A stretch of DNA of 64,000 nucleotides from an uncultured Opitutaceae bacterium (GCA_964509885.1 CAZDZL010000004.1:12167-76166); one strand, 5' to 3'. Positions 54,305 to 63,838 are shown, counted from the stretch's first letter. Numbers and translations: made by a program. The notes: a model not told the origin generated them from the sequence alone.

Positions 54305-55272
54305 ACGCCCCTGCCCTCGGCGAAGCCGAACTCGCGGTAGTGGGCCTCCCCCGAGGCGAACAGGCCCGCGTCGACGGCCTCGCGCACGTCCGGATACCGC
54401 CCGAGGTAGGTCTCCTCCGGGAACGGGCACCCCGGGCCGAATGCGGACGGGTCCGCGGCCACCGGCTGGGCCAGGCGCCGCATCCAGTAGCCCTGGTGCA
54501 GGGGGACGATGTCCGCGCCCCGCTCCATGCAGTCGGACTCGGTGAAGTAATGGCAGACGAGCGAGGAACGGGTCCGCCGGGGGTCCGCGATCGGGCTGCC
54601 CCCGTGGACGAGGTCGGAGTGCCATATGAAGACGTCCCCCTTCCTCGCGAGGAACGTCCTCTCCTTCAGGCCGCGCAGCCGGATCTGGACGTCGATGTAG
54701 TCATACCAGTCCGCCCCCTCCTCGCGGGTCGCGTGGTGGGTGCCGTCGTTGAACGTGTACAGGGGGATCCTGTGGCTGCCCGGGACGTAGACGAGGGGCC
54801 CGGCGTCCGGGTGCACGTCCTCCAGCGCCACCCATGCGGCGATCAGCGCGTGGGGCGTGCGGGGCGTCATGTACAGCGAGTCGATGTGCTTCGGCTGGGA
54901 GCTGCCCTTCTCGAAGTTGATGCTGTTGCACAGCACGGCGGGCTCGCCGAGCAGGTCCCCGAGGATCGCCGTCAGCTCGGCGTCCAGCGCCAGCGCGCGG
55001 ACCTCGTCGCTCATGAGGTAGAGGTCGTTGAACTTGAAATGCCGGGTCTGCGGGTGGGAGGCCTGGGCCCAGAAGGTGCGCCTGCCCGTGTGGAGGCTGT
55101 CGACCACGACCTCGTTGGACCTCTCCTCGAGCAGATTGCGGACCGCGGACGTGGCCCGGTCGATCTCCTGGGCCGAGAAGAACCCCTCCAGGGCGGCATA
55201 GCCGTCCCGCTCGAACGTTTGGCCGGCGCCGGCGCCGCGGGCTGGGTGCATCGCAAGGTTCACGCCCTGCAT
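54301..55272 (-). CDS. phytanoyl-CoA dioxygenase (PhyH) family Fe(II)/2-oxoglutarate oxygenase
   Basis: N-terminal FERDGYAALEGFFS. H-x-D (KHIDS) and distal His (WHSDLVHG) pattern. Its 3-prime end overlaps the convergent gene by 4 nt. Confidence 0.8.
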   Translation of the reverse strand: MQGVNLAMHPARGAGAGQTFERDGYAALEGFFSAQEIDRATSAVRNLLEERSNEVVVDSLHTGRRTFWAQASHPQTRHFKFNDLYLMSDEVRALALDAELTAILGDLLGEPAVLCNSINFEKGSSQPKHIDSLYMTPRTPHALIAAWVALEDVHPDAGPLVYVPGSHRIPLYTFNDGTHHATREEGADWYDYIDVQIRLRGLKERTFLARKGDVFIWHSDLVHGGSPIADPRRTRSSLVCHYFTESDCMERGADIVPLHQGYWMRRLAQPVAADPSAFGPGCPFPEETYLGRYPDVREAVDAGLFASGEAHYREFGFAEGRGV

Positions 55273-55327
55273 GACAACCGACCCCCCAAGAGCCGCTACT
55301 CCCCGGAAGAAATCGGGGCGACCCGGC

Positions 55328-55519
55328 CTATTTCACCACCGGCATGCGGACCTGGCCGTTGGAGATGATGCCGAAGCCGTACAGGAGCCAGAGGATGACC
55401 GCGGCCACGACGACGAAGTTTATGATCGCCTTTATCGTCGACTGCATGGGGATCAGGTTGATCAGCCAAAGGACCACGCCGATGACAATGAGGGTGAGGA
55501 CGGTGTTCGTGAGGGGCAT
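55328..55519 (-). CDS. small two-TM membrane protein (Thivi_2564-like)
   Basis: 63 aa. LTLIVIGVVLWLINLIPM...AIINFVVVAAVILWLLYGFG is a pattern recalled from that family. Confidence 0.6.
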   Translation of the reverse strand: MPLTNTVLTLIVIGVVLWLINLIPMQSTIKAIINFVVVAAVILWLLYGFGIISNGQVRMPVVK

Positions 55520-55682
55520 GGGCGTTCTTTCTTGGCGATGGAGGAAGGGTGAGCCCCCGAGAGTACTCTTGATCGCCCCCGCGCGGTATGGGGTTTAACC
55601 CGAGGGAATGGGCTCCCCCCGGGACGGGACCTCGGGAGGCCGTTGGTGTCAGTGGGTGTCCGGACAGCCGCACCCCCAAAAC

Positions 55683-55898
55683 ATGAACGAAGACCTTGAA
55701 CGCATTCGGAAGCATCAGGGCGGCCCCCATACGGACGGCGCCAGCCCCCGGAAGCCCTATTGGAAGCGCATGCACCACACCCCGTTCTTCTGGGTGGCGG
55801 CCTTCTTCATACTCCTGGCCATGACCATATTCGTTATGACCGACGGGTTCCTCCTGAGGAGCCGCGGGCAGCCGGCGCCGGCCTCCCGCGCCCCCTAG
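55683..55898 (+). CDS. hypothetical single-TM protein
   Basis: ATG at 55683. PYWKRMHHTPFFWVAAFFILLAMTIFVMTD. Confidence 0.45.
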   Translation: MNEDLERIRKHQGGPHTDGASPRKPYWKRMHHTPFFWVAAFFILLAMTIFVMTDGFLLRSRGQPAPASRAP

Positions 55899-55907
55899 CG
55901 GGTCGGG

Positions 55908-56720
55908 CTAGATCTGCGAGAACGCGGCCGGCACGAGGAACCGGCTCGTGATCTTCTGGACCGTGTCCGCGTACTGGGGGTCGGCCTTCAGCTTGACCCA
56001 GACGGGATGCGCCAGGAACCGCGCCCAGTTCCTCTTGTGCGTCTCCATGTCGGCGCTGCAGAGCATGTAGGTGAGGTGTGGCAGGTCGCGGCCCATGAGG
56101 GCCTCGCCGTAGAACACCGGCGAGAGGTCGACCTCCTGCATGACGCCGATCTCCCCGGCGTTGAACATGTCCACCTTCTTGAGCGCCTTCAGCTCGCTGA
56201 AGCTCTCGTAGGTGCGCATCTCGAAGACCCGGGGCTTGCCGGCGCGCGCGAGCGCGGGGACGGCCAGCTTCGGGAGCCCGGCGAACGGCAGGAGGAGCCA
56301 GGTGTCGAGCCGGTCGAAGCCGGGCTGCTCCTTGGTCAGCGACGTGAGGTACTCCGCCCCCGCCGCCTGGACTGCGGGATCGAGGTTGATCGACGCGTTG
56401 ACGCTCCCGACGGAGTCCAGCGAGGGATGGGGGATCAGCACCCACACGGCGGGGCCGTCCTTCGAGTCGGGCTCGGTGAAGACGCCCACCGCCTCGACGC
56501 CGCGCGCGTTGAGGGCGGGTATCAGGGCCTTCTCAAGGTAGGAATCGAGGAGGGCGTGCGGCGCCCCGGGCCTCAGGCGGTAGGCGCGCAGCTCGAGGTA
56601 TTGGCCGCTGGCGGAGGGCGCGCCGGCCGCCCTGGCGGTCGAGGGCATGCTGGCGAGGGCGGCGGTGGCCGTGGCGGCTAGGGTGGTCTTCAAGAAATCG
56701 CGGCGGTTCAGGTTATTCAT
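55908..56720 (-). CDS. NIPSNAP-domain protein with a TAT signal
   Basis: RRDFLKTTLAATATAALA leader. Two NIPSNAP-like halves (YLELRAYRLRPG, VFEMRTYES). Confidence 0.8.
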   Translation of the reverse strand: MNNLNRRDFLKTTLAATATAALASMPSTARAAGAPSASGQYLELRAYRLRPGAPHALLDSYLEKALIPALNARGVEAVGVFTEPDSKDGPAVWVLIPHPSLDSVGSVNASINLDPAVQAAGAEYLTSLTKEQPGFDRLDTWLLLPFAGLPKLAVPALARAGKPRVFEMRTYESFSELKALKKVDMFNAGEIGVMQEVDLSPVFYGEALMGRDLPHLTYMLCSADMETHKRNWARFLAHPVWVKLKADPQYADTVQKITSRFLVPAAFSQI

Positions 56721-56736
56721 GGGGTCGTGATGGGCC

Positions 56737-57828
56737 TCAGTGTCCGGGAAAAAGCCGGCCTAGTCCAGCCTCCGAGGCCTCGGCGACGCCGCGCTCGGTG
56801 ATGAGGCCCGTCACGAGGCGCGCCGGCGTCACGTCGAACGCCGGGTTCGCGGCGGCGCTCCCCTCGGGCGTGAGCGCGACCGTCGCGACGGTCCCGTCGG
56901 GAAGCCTCCCCGAGAGGTGGGTCACCTCCCGCGCGGAGCGGTTCTCGATCGGGATCCCGCGGACGCCGTCCCTCACGCCCCAGTCGATCGACGGCGACGG
57001 GACGGCGACGTAGAAGGGCACGCCGTTGTCGGCCGCCGCCAGGGCCTTCAGGTAGGTGCCGATCTTGTTGCACACGTCGCCGGTCGCCGTCGTCCGGTCC
57101 GTGCCGACGATGACCATGTCCACCCGCCCGTGCTGCATGAGGTGGCCGCCCGCGTTGTCCGAGATCACCGTGTGCGGGACGCCGTGGTTCAGGAGCTCCC
57201 AGGCCGTCAGGCTCGCCCCCTGGTTGCGCGGGCGCGTCTCGTCGACCCAGACGTGCACGGCGATGCCCGCGTCGTGCGCCGCGTAGATGGGCGCCGTGGC
57301 CGTGCCGATGTCGACCGTGGCGAGCCACCCCGCGTTGCAGTGGGTGAGGATGTTCACGGGGACCCCGGGTTCCTTCTTGGCGGCGAGCGCGCGGATGAGC
57401 GGCAGGCCGGCCTCCCCGATCGCCCGGTTGATGCCGACATCCTCCTCGCAGATCTGCGACGCCCTTTGCAGGGCCGCCTCGGCGCGCTCCGCGGGGGGCA
57501 GAGGGAGGAGCCAGGCCGTCATCCGGTCGATCGCCCACCTGAGGTTCACCGCCGTGGGGCGGGTGGCGAGCAGGGTCGCCCCGGCGGCCCGGAGCGACGC
57601 GTCCGAGGGATCGGCACGAAGCGCGAGCCAGAGGCCATAGGCGGCGGTCGCCCCGATCAGGGGCGCGCCCCGCACCAGCATCGAGCGGATGGCGTGGGCC
57701 GCGCTGCCGAGCGTCTCCAGGCGCGCGACGACAAACTCATGCGGAAGGCGCGTCTGGTCGATGATCTCGACCGAGGCGCCGTCGGCGCCCGGCCAGATCG
57801 TGCGCTGGGGGATGTCCTTGACCTTCAA
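56737..57828 (-). CDS. mtnA: S-methyl-5-thioribose-1-phosphate isomerase family (MtnA / eIF-2B-like)
   Basis: IIDQTRLP, RGAPLIGATAAYG, THCNAGWLAT, DETRPRNQGA, IVGTDRTTATGDVCNKIGTY and VPFYVAVPSPSID motifs. The start is inferred as TTG 57828, which overlaps the upstream stop. Confidence 0.9.
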   Translation of the reverse strand: MKVKDIPQRTIWPGADGASVEIIDQTRLPHEFVVARLETLGSAAHAIRSMLVRGAPLIGATAAYGLWLALRADPSDASLRAAGATLLATRPTAVNLRWAIDRMTAWLLPLPPAERAEAALQRASQICEEDVGINRAIGEAGLPLIRALAAKKEPGVPVNILTHCNAGWLATVDIGTATAPIYAAHDAGIAVHVWVDETRPRNQGASLTAWELLNHGVPHTVISDNAGGHLMQHGRVDMVIVGTDRTTATGDVCNKIGTYLKALAAADNGVPFYVAVPSPSIDWGVRDGVRGIPIENRSAREVTHLSGRLPDGTVATVALTPEGSAAANPAFDVTPARLVTGLITERGVAEASEAGLGRLFPGH

Positions 57829-59798
57829 ATGACCCTTTCGTTTCCGCCGTCGACGGGGATCTGCGCGCCTGTCGTCTTCGCGAACAGCGGGCCGCAGAGC
57901 TCGGCGGCGAGCGCCGCGACGTCGCGGCTCGCGACCTCGACCTTCAGCACGTTGTTCGTCTTGTAGGCCTCGACGCTCAGGCCGTAGCTGCGCGCCCGCG
58001 ACTCCAGGATATCCCTCGTCCAGAGCGCCGTGTCGAAGACCATGTTGGGGTGCAGCGAGTTGATGCGGATGCGGTCCGGCCCCCATTCCAGGGCCGCGAC
58101 CCGCGCGAGCTGGTTCACCGCCGCCTTCGACGCCGAGTACGCGGCGGCGCCGGGGCCGGGCGCCGGGACGTTCTTGGATCCGATGACCACCACGCGGCCG
58201 CCCTTGGGCGCCAGTTTCAGGAGCGGGTGGCACTCGCGCATCATCATGAAGGTCGCGTCTAGGTTCACCGACATGACCTTGCGCCAGGCGTCCGTCCCCA
58301 GGTCCCCGATCGGCTTTCCGCCCGGGAAAATCCCCGCGTTCAGGACCAGCATGTCGACCCCGCCGAAGGCCCGCACGGCCTCGTCGAGCGCCCTCGCCAC
58401 GTCGGCCTCGCTCGTCAGGTCGCACGCGATCCCCCGGAACTCCGGGCGGTCGTGCATCCGCGCGACGTCCGGGTTCACGTCGAGGCCGGCCACGGCGGCG
58501 CCGCGCCCGAGGAGCGCCTCGACGCAGGCCTTGCCTATCCCCGAGGCGGCGCCCGTCACGAGGGCGATCTCGCCCGTGAAGACGGGCGCCGGGCCCCCGC
58601 GGCGCAGCTTAGCCTGCTCCAGGTCCCAGTATTCGACCTCGAAAATGTCCTGCGCCGGAAGCGCCTTCCACCCGCCGAGCGCGGTCGAGCGCGCGATGAT
58701 GTCCATCGTGTGAGAGTAGAGCTCGCCTGCGATCGCGGCGTCCCGGGCCGTTCGCCCGGCGGCGAGCATGCCCCACTCGGGGTCCAGGACGATGCGCGGC
58801 GCGGGGTCGAGCATCGTGGGCCGGGGCGACAGCGCCTTCGCGTTCGCGCTGAAATACGCACGGTAGGCCTCGCCGTAGGCCCTCAGGCCGCGCCCGAGGA
58901 GGGGCAGCCGCTTGGTGCGGATGACGTGGTCGGGCGTCGCGGGTCCCTGCTGCGAGAGGACCGCGGCATCCGGCCTCGCGATGAAGCCGAGGCTCCGCGG
59001 GTCGCGGTGCGAGGCCAGGATTGCCGGCGCGCCCATCTCCGACGAGAGGTCGCGCCGGAAGGCCGCGAGCTCGGTTCTCACCGTCTTCGGGGACGCCTTC
59101 ATTTCGGGCCACGAGACGACCCATGCCTTCCTCCCGGCCAGGTACTCCTCGGCAAGCGTGACGAGCTCGATCATCCGCGCGTAGGACTCCTCGGCCGTCT
59201 CTCCGAAGCTGATGAGTCCGTGGTTCATCAGCACGACGCCGATCGCCCCCGCGGGCTTCGTCCCCGGAAACTGGGCCGCGCACGCGCGCGCGAGAACGAA
59301 CCCGGGCATGACATAGGGGACGACCGCCACGCGGTCCCCGTAGATCTCGCGGATGCGGGCCTCGCCGCCGGGCGTGTTCGACACCGAGATCAGCGCGTCG
59401 GCGTGGGTGTGGTCCACGAACTTGGCCGGCAGGAGCGCGTGGAGGATGGCCTCCACGGAGGGTGCGGGCGCGGACGGGTCGGTCATGCAACCCGTGAGCT
59501 CCGCCGCCATGCGCACGTCCGGGAGTTCGCCGAGGCCGGCGAGCCGCAGCAGGTGCTGCATCCGGCAAGGCGAGAATCCGGCCGCCTCGATCGTCGCCAG
59601 GTCCCAGCCGCTACCCTTGATGTGGAGGATGGCCTCCTCCTCGCCGAAGACGTTCCTTTCCAGAGTCTTTACGGAGGTATTTCCTCCGCCGTGGAGGACG
59701 AGGGTGGTGTCCCGGCCGAGGAGCCTCGAGGTGTAGACCCTCTGGGCCAGGTCCCCGGGGAACGCGGCCGCCTCCGAGCGGTTCCATAGGTTCTTCAC
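57825..59798 (-). CDS. bifunctional class II aldolase / short-chain dehydrogenase (rhamnulose-1-phosphate aldolase/alcohol dehydrogenase-like)
   Basis: N-terminal LVLHGGGNTSVK aldolase region. C-terminal SDR (VTGAASGIGKA, NAG, YSASKAA). Confidence 0.9.
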   Translation of the reverse strand: MKNLWNRSEAAAFPGDLAQRVYTSRLLGRDTTLVLHGGGNTSVKTLERNVFGEEEAILHIKGSGWDLATIEAAGFSPCRMQHLLRLAGLGELPDVRMAAELTGCMTDPSAPAPSVEAILHALLPAKFVDHTHADALISVSNTPGGEARIREIYGDRVAVVPYVMPGFVLARACAAQFPGTKPAGAIGVVLMNHGLISFGETAEESYARMIELVTLAEEYLAGRKAWVVSWPEMKASPKTVRTELAAFRRDLSSEMGAPAILASHRDPRSLGFIARPDAAVLSQQGPATPDHVIRTKRLPLLGRGLRAYGEAYRAYFSANAKALSPRPTMLDPAPRIVLDPEWGMLAAGRTARDAAIAGELYSHTMDIIARSTALGGWKALPAQDIFEVEYWDLEQAKLRRGGPAPVFTGEIALVTGAASGIGKACVEALLGRGAAVAGLDVNPDVARMHDRPEFRGIACDLTSEADVARALDEAVRAFGGVDMLVLNAGIFPGGKPIGDLGTDAWRKVMSVNLDATFMMMRECHPLLKLAPKGGRVVVIGSKNVPAPGPGAAAYSASKAAVNQLARVAALEWGPDRIRINSLHPNMVFDTALWTRDILESRARSYGLSVEAYKTNNVLKVEVASRDVAALAAELCGPLFAKTTGAQIPVDGGNERVI

Positions 59799-59936
59799 GT
59801 GTGGGGTTGCGGTTCTCGCCCGCCTGCGGCGGACTCTGCACAGAGGTGCCTTCGCCGCAGCGGGGAGTCAAGAGCCCCAACCTTGCAGACCGCGGGCAAC
59901 CCCGCCATGCCTTGCCAGGGCAGAATCCCATCCACC

Positions 59937-60926
59937 ATGAGCATGCAATACCGCCAACTCGGAAAATCGGGCCTGAAGGTGAGCGCCCTGTCCTTCGGGG
60001 CATGGGTCACCTTCGGCAAGCAGATCGGGGATCCCGTCGCGAAGAAGCTCCTCCACGCGGCCTATGACGCGGGTATCAACTTCTTCGACAACGCCGAGTC
60101 CTACGCGGACGGCCAGGCCGAGGTGGTGATGGGGGCCATCCTAAGGAAGTCCGGGTGGCGCCGGGGCAGCTACATGGTCTCGAGCAAGGTGTTCTTCGGC
60201 GCCGAGGGCGACCGGCCGAACGAGGACGGCCTTTCCAGGAAGCACGTCGTCGAGGCCTGCCACGACGCCCTGCGCCGCCTCGAGGTCAGCTACCTCGACC
60301 TCTACTACTGCCACCGGCCCGACCCGTCGGTGCCGGTCGAGGAGACCTGCAGGGCCATGCACGACCTCATCACTCAGGGCAAGGTGCTCTACTGGGGCAC
60401 GAGCGAGTGGAGCGCGGCGCAGATCGAGGCCGCCCACGCGGTGTGCGACCGGCTGGGCCTTCACCACCCGATCGTCGAGCAGCCGCAGTACAACCTCTTC
60501 CACCGCTCGCGCGTGGAGAAGGAGTACGCCCCCCTCTACCGCAGCCCCGGCCTCGGCACGACGATCTGGTCGCCCCTTGGCTCCGGCCTCCTGACGGGAA
60601 AATACAACAAGGGCGTGCCCAAGGGCGCCCGGCTCGACACGGCCGGCCTGGAGTGGCTGCGGGACGAGGTGCTCAAGAAGCCCGGGACCGAGAAGAGGCT
60701 GGCCGCCGTCCCGAAGCTTGCCGCGGTCGCGAGGGGCCTGGGCGCGACGCTCCCCACCCTCGCGATCGCCTGGTGCCTGAAGAACCCGAACATCAGCACC
60801 GTCATCCTCGGCGCGTCGAAGGTCGAGCAGCTGCAGGAGAACCTGGGCGCCCTCGACGTCCTCGCGAAGCTGACGCCGCAGGTCATGAAGGACCTGGACG
60901 CGATCTCGGCGCCGCTCGCGGACTGA
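59937..60926 (+). CDS. aldo/keto reductase (Kv-beta-like)
   Basis: MQYRQLGKSGLKVSALSFGAW, FDNAESYA, DLYYCHRPD and WGTSEW motifs. ATG at 59937. Confidence 0.9.
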   Translation: MSMQYRQLGKSGLKVSALSFGAWVTFGKQIGDPVAKKLLHAAYDAGINFFDNAESYADGQAEVVMGAILRKSGWRRGSYMVSSKVFFGAEGDRPNEDGLSRKHVVEACHDALRRLEVSYLDLYYCHRPDPSVPVEETCRAMHDLITQGKVLYWGTSEWSAAQIEAAHAVCDRLGLHHPIVEQPQYNLFHRSRVEKEYAPLYRSPGLGTTIWSPLGSGLLTGKYNKGVPKGARLDTAGLEWLRDEVLKKPGTEKRLAAVPKLAAVARGLGATLPTLAIAWCLKNPNISTVILGASKVEQLQENLGALDVLAKLTPQVMKDLDAISAPLAD

Positions 60927-60946
60927 CGCCGGGCCGCCCCACCCGG

Positions 60947-61402
60947 ATGAAGACGGCCGCGGCATGCCTGGTGTGCCTCCTCCTGCTCGCGGGATGCGAG
61001 AACCCGAAGGTGAAGAGGACGGAGGCCGACCGGGCCGCGGTCGACGCGCGCCTGCACCGGTACGAGGCGCTCATGCTGGCGATGGACTTCCCGGGGATCG
61101 CGGCCATGTTCGCTCCCGACGGCGAGATGGTGAATCCCAAGCAGGCGGCCGTGCACGGCCGCGCCACGATCGCCCGGTTCCTCGCGGGGTTCTCGGACTA
61201 CAAGGTGCTCGCCAACACCGACACGGCGACAAGCACGCTGATCGACGGCGACACCGCGGAGCAGATCGGGACCTACCAGCAGAGGGTCCGCTCGCCGGGG
61301 GGCAAGGTCTTCGAGGCCTCGGGCAGGCTCGAGATCGAGTGGGTGCGCGGCGCGTCGGGCGAGTGGCTGATCTTCCAGCTGGCCACGTTCCCGGTGAACT
61401 GA
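60947..61402 (+). CDS. SnoaL/DUF4440-like lipoprotein
   Basis: ATG 60947. Lipobox LLLAGC. NTF2-like pattern (..LHRYEALMLAMDFPGIAAMFAPDGEM..). Confidence 0.7.
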   Translation: MKTAAACLVCLLLLAGCENPKVKRTEADRAAVDARLHRYEALMLAMDFPGIAAMFAPDGEMVNPKQAAVHGRATIARFLAGFSDYKVLANTDTATSTLIDGDTAEQIGTYQQRVRSPGGKVFEASGRLEIEWVRGASGEWLIFQLATFPVN

Positions 61403-61438
61403 CGGGGCCCGGCCCGCGGGGGCCAATGTTTCGTATGT

Positions 61439-61451
61439 GTTACATTGTAAC
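61439..61451. promoter_or_regulatory. perfect 13-bp palindrome GTTACATTGTAAC upstream of the MFS transporter gene
   Basis: Read directly in an AT-rich patch about 95 nt before ATG 61545. It shares the octamer TGTTACAT with 28926-28933, upstream of the YVTN gene. Confidence 0.3.
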
Positions 61452-61544
61452 CCCTTCGTCACAATTGGCTGGAATAGTCCCCCTCCATTATCCTGACTTT
61501 CCCCCGTCAGGCAGGTCCGAGGCTTCAACCCCAACCCCACGATT

Positions 61545-62891
61545 ATGCCCTCCTTCCTTGATCGGGAGAAGACGGTAGCCGAGCCCGGCTTCAGCCGCTG
61601 GCTCGTTCCCCCGGCGGCGATCGCCGTCCAGATGTGCGTCGGAGAGATCTACGGCTTCAGCGTCTTCAACATACCCCTGACGCGGGCCATCGGGATCACG
61701 AAATCCATCCCCGACCAGGACTGGACCGTCCCGCGCGTCGTGCTCTGCACCTATTCGCTCGGCCTCGTCATACTGGGGCTCTCCGCGGCCTTCCTCGGCA
61801 AATGGGTCGAGCGGGTGGGCCCGAGGAAGACCATGTTCGCCAGCTCATGCTGCTTCTGCGGCGGCCTCCTCGTTGCGAGCCTGGGCGTCCACCTCCACAA
61901 CCTGGCCGTCGTCGCGCTGGGCTACGGCCTGATCGGCGGCATCGGCCTCGGCCTCGGCTACATCGCCCCGGTGTCCACCCTCGTGAAGTGGTTCCCCGAC
62001 AAGCCCGGCATGGCGACGGGGCTCGCGATCATGGGCTTCGGCAGCGGGGCCCTCGTCGGCTCGCCGCTCGGCGTCGAGCTCATGAACCACTTCAAGACCG
62101 CGACCTCCGTCGGGGTCGAGGAGACCTTCATCGTGATGGCGGCCTGCTACTTCGTCATGATGAACTTCGGGGCCTGGATCGTGCGGGTGCCCGCCCCGGG
62201 CTGGAAGCCGGAGGGATTCGTGGCGGCGACGACGGAGGGCAAGCTCATCACGACCCACCAGGTGCTCGCAGACGAGGCGATCAAGACGCCCCAGTTCTAC
62301 CTCCTCTGGGGCGTCCTCTGCTGCAACGTGACGGCCGGCATCGGCATCCTGGCCCAGGCGTCGCCGATGTGCCAGGACATGTTCGGCGTGACGCCCGTCG
62401 TGGCGGGAGGTTTTGTCGGCCTCCTGAGCATATTCAACATGGTGGGCCGCTTCGTGTGGTCCTCGACGTCGGACTTCACCGGCAGGAAGGCGATCTACGT
62501 CGTCTACTTCCTCCTCGGCTGCGTGCTCTACTGCCTCATCCCCTATGCCCAGAAGATCGGGAGCGTCGCGCTCTTCGTGGCGTGCGCCTGCATCATCATC
62601 TCCATGTACGGCGGCGGGTTCGCGACGATCCCCGCGTACCTTCGGGACCTCTTCGGGACGGTCCAGGTGGGCGCGATCCACGGGCGCGTGATCACCGCAT
62701 GGTCCATGGCGGCCATACTGGGGCCCCAGATCGTGACCAACCTCTCAAGCTACCAGAAGGCGCACGGCGTGCCGAAGAGCGAGGCCTACAACACCACGCT
62801 CTACATCATGGCGGGGATCCTGCTCGTCGGCCTGGCCTGCGACCTCCTCGTGAGCCCCGTCGACCCGAAGCACCACCTCAAGGAGTCCTGA
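61545..62891 (+). CDS. MFS transporter, oxalate/formate antiporter (OFA) family
   Basis: N-terminal RWLVPPAAIAVQMCVGEIYGFSVF signature and 12 TM helices. Confidence 0.9.
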   Translation: MPSFLDREKTVAEPGFSRWLVPPAAIAVQMCVGEIYGFSVFNIPLTRAIGITKSIPDQDWTVPRVVLCTYSLGLVILGLSAAFLGKWVERVGPRKTMFASSCCFCGGLLVASLGVHLHNLAVVALGYGLIGGIGLGLGYIAPVSTLVKWFPDKPGMATGLAIMGFGSGALVGSPLGVELMNHFKTATSVGVEETFIVMAACYFVMMNFGAWIVRVPAPGWKPEGFVAATTEGKLITTHQVLADEAIKTPQFYLLWGVLCCNVTAGIGILAQASPMCQDMFGVTPVVAGGFVGLLSIFNMVGRFVWSSTSDFTGRKAIYVVYFLLGCVLYCLIPYAQKIGSVALFVACACIIISMYGGGFATIPAYLRDLFGTVQVGAIHGRVITAWSMAAILGPQIVTNLSSYQKAHGVPKSEAYNTTLYIMAGILLVGLACDLLVSPVDPKHHLKES

Positions 62892-62894
62892 CCC

Positions 62895-63071
62895 ATGAAA
62901 AAGACATCCCCGCTCACGGTCGCCCTCGCGTTCCTCGTGGTCGCCACGCCCCTCGGCTGGGGGCTCTACAGGAGCGTCAAGAATTCGATGCCCCTCTTCA
63001 CCGCGGCAAAGGCGCCCGCGGCGGCGCCGGCCGCCGTTCCCGCGCCTGCACCCACGGCCCCAGCGAAGTAA
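62895..63071 (+). CDS. 58-aa single-TM protein, candidate MFS-transporter small subunit
   Basis: Not in the ORF track (<60 aa). The ATG lies 3 nt after the MFS stop. My translation is MKKTSPLTVALAFLVVATPLGWGLYRSVKNSMPLFTAAKAPAAAPAAVPAPAPTAPAK. GC-rich third positions. Confidence 0.55.
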   Translation: MKKTSPLTVALAFLVVATPLGWGLYRSVKNSMPLFTAAKAPAAAPAAVPAPAPTAPAK

Positions 63072-63072
63072 C

Positions 63073-63735
63073 CTAGAGCGTCCTGAACCCCAGCTCCCCG
63101 AGCTCGTTCATGTTGAACGGGGCGCTGTCCAGGACCTCCTGGAGCTTGGCGAACGCCTCCCGCATGTCGGCCGCGTCGAAGACCGCGGCGCCGTCGTCGC
63201 TGTCGTGGACCTGGACCGCCCACGGGCCGGGCGCCGCCTCCGTTCCCAGCTGGAGCACGGAGCCGAAGAGGTAGTTGCCCGGGATGCCCGGGTGCGGCCC
63301 CGCGCCGGGGACGAGGAAAAGGGAATGCGTGAGGTCGTGGGCCACGTGGACCTTCTCGCCCACGACGTGCTTCCTGTGGTGGACCGGGCGGCCGGCCACC
63401 TTGACCCTGAAGCCCTCGGCCCGGGCGCGCAGCGGGGGCGGCAGGGAGCCGACGTAGCGGTCAAAGATGCTGAAGTTGCCCTCGAGCGCGGGCGCGTCGA
63501 TCGCGCCAGAGAGGAGCGCCCCGAGGTTCTCCGCGTGGAAGCTGGGCAGCCGCGCGAGGGCCCGGGCCGTGACATGGCCGTCCCTGTGGTCCGCGTCGGC
63601 GTAGACCTTGTGCGCGGCATAGAGGCGCTTCAGCGCGTCCTGGTACGACGGCGTGCTCGGCACGGCGCCCACCGGGCTGTGCTCGATCATGTCGAGGACG
63701 GTGCTGTCAAAATGGGCGTTGGGGTCCTGGGACAT
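63073..63735 (-). CDS. hypothetical protein
   Basis: Met at 63735 (MSQDPNAHF..). Coding-like composition and no recognised domain. The longer track ORF extension looks non-coding. Confidence 0.55.
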   Translation of the reverse strand: MSQDPNAHFDSTVLDMIEHSPVGAVPSTPSYQDALKRLYAAHKVYADADHRDGHVTARALARLPSFHAENLGALLSGAIDAPALEGNFSIFDRYVGSLPPPLRARAEGFRVKVAGRPVHHRKHVVGEKVHVAHDLTHSLFLVPGAGPHPGIPGNYLFGSVLQLGTEAAPGPWAVQVHDSDDGAAVFDAADMREAFAKLQEVLDSAPFNMNELGELGFRTL

Positions 63736-63838
63736 GGGGCAATCCCGATGCATAGGCGCTCTTCGGGTCCAACACGAACCAATCTTGTTGCACGGGCCGC
63801 ATTTTCGCGCAACCGTCCCGGAAGACTTGAACAAAGCC

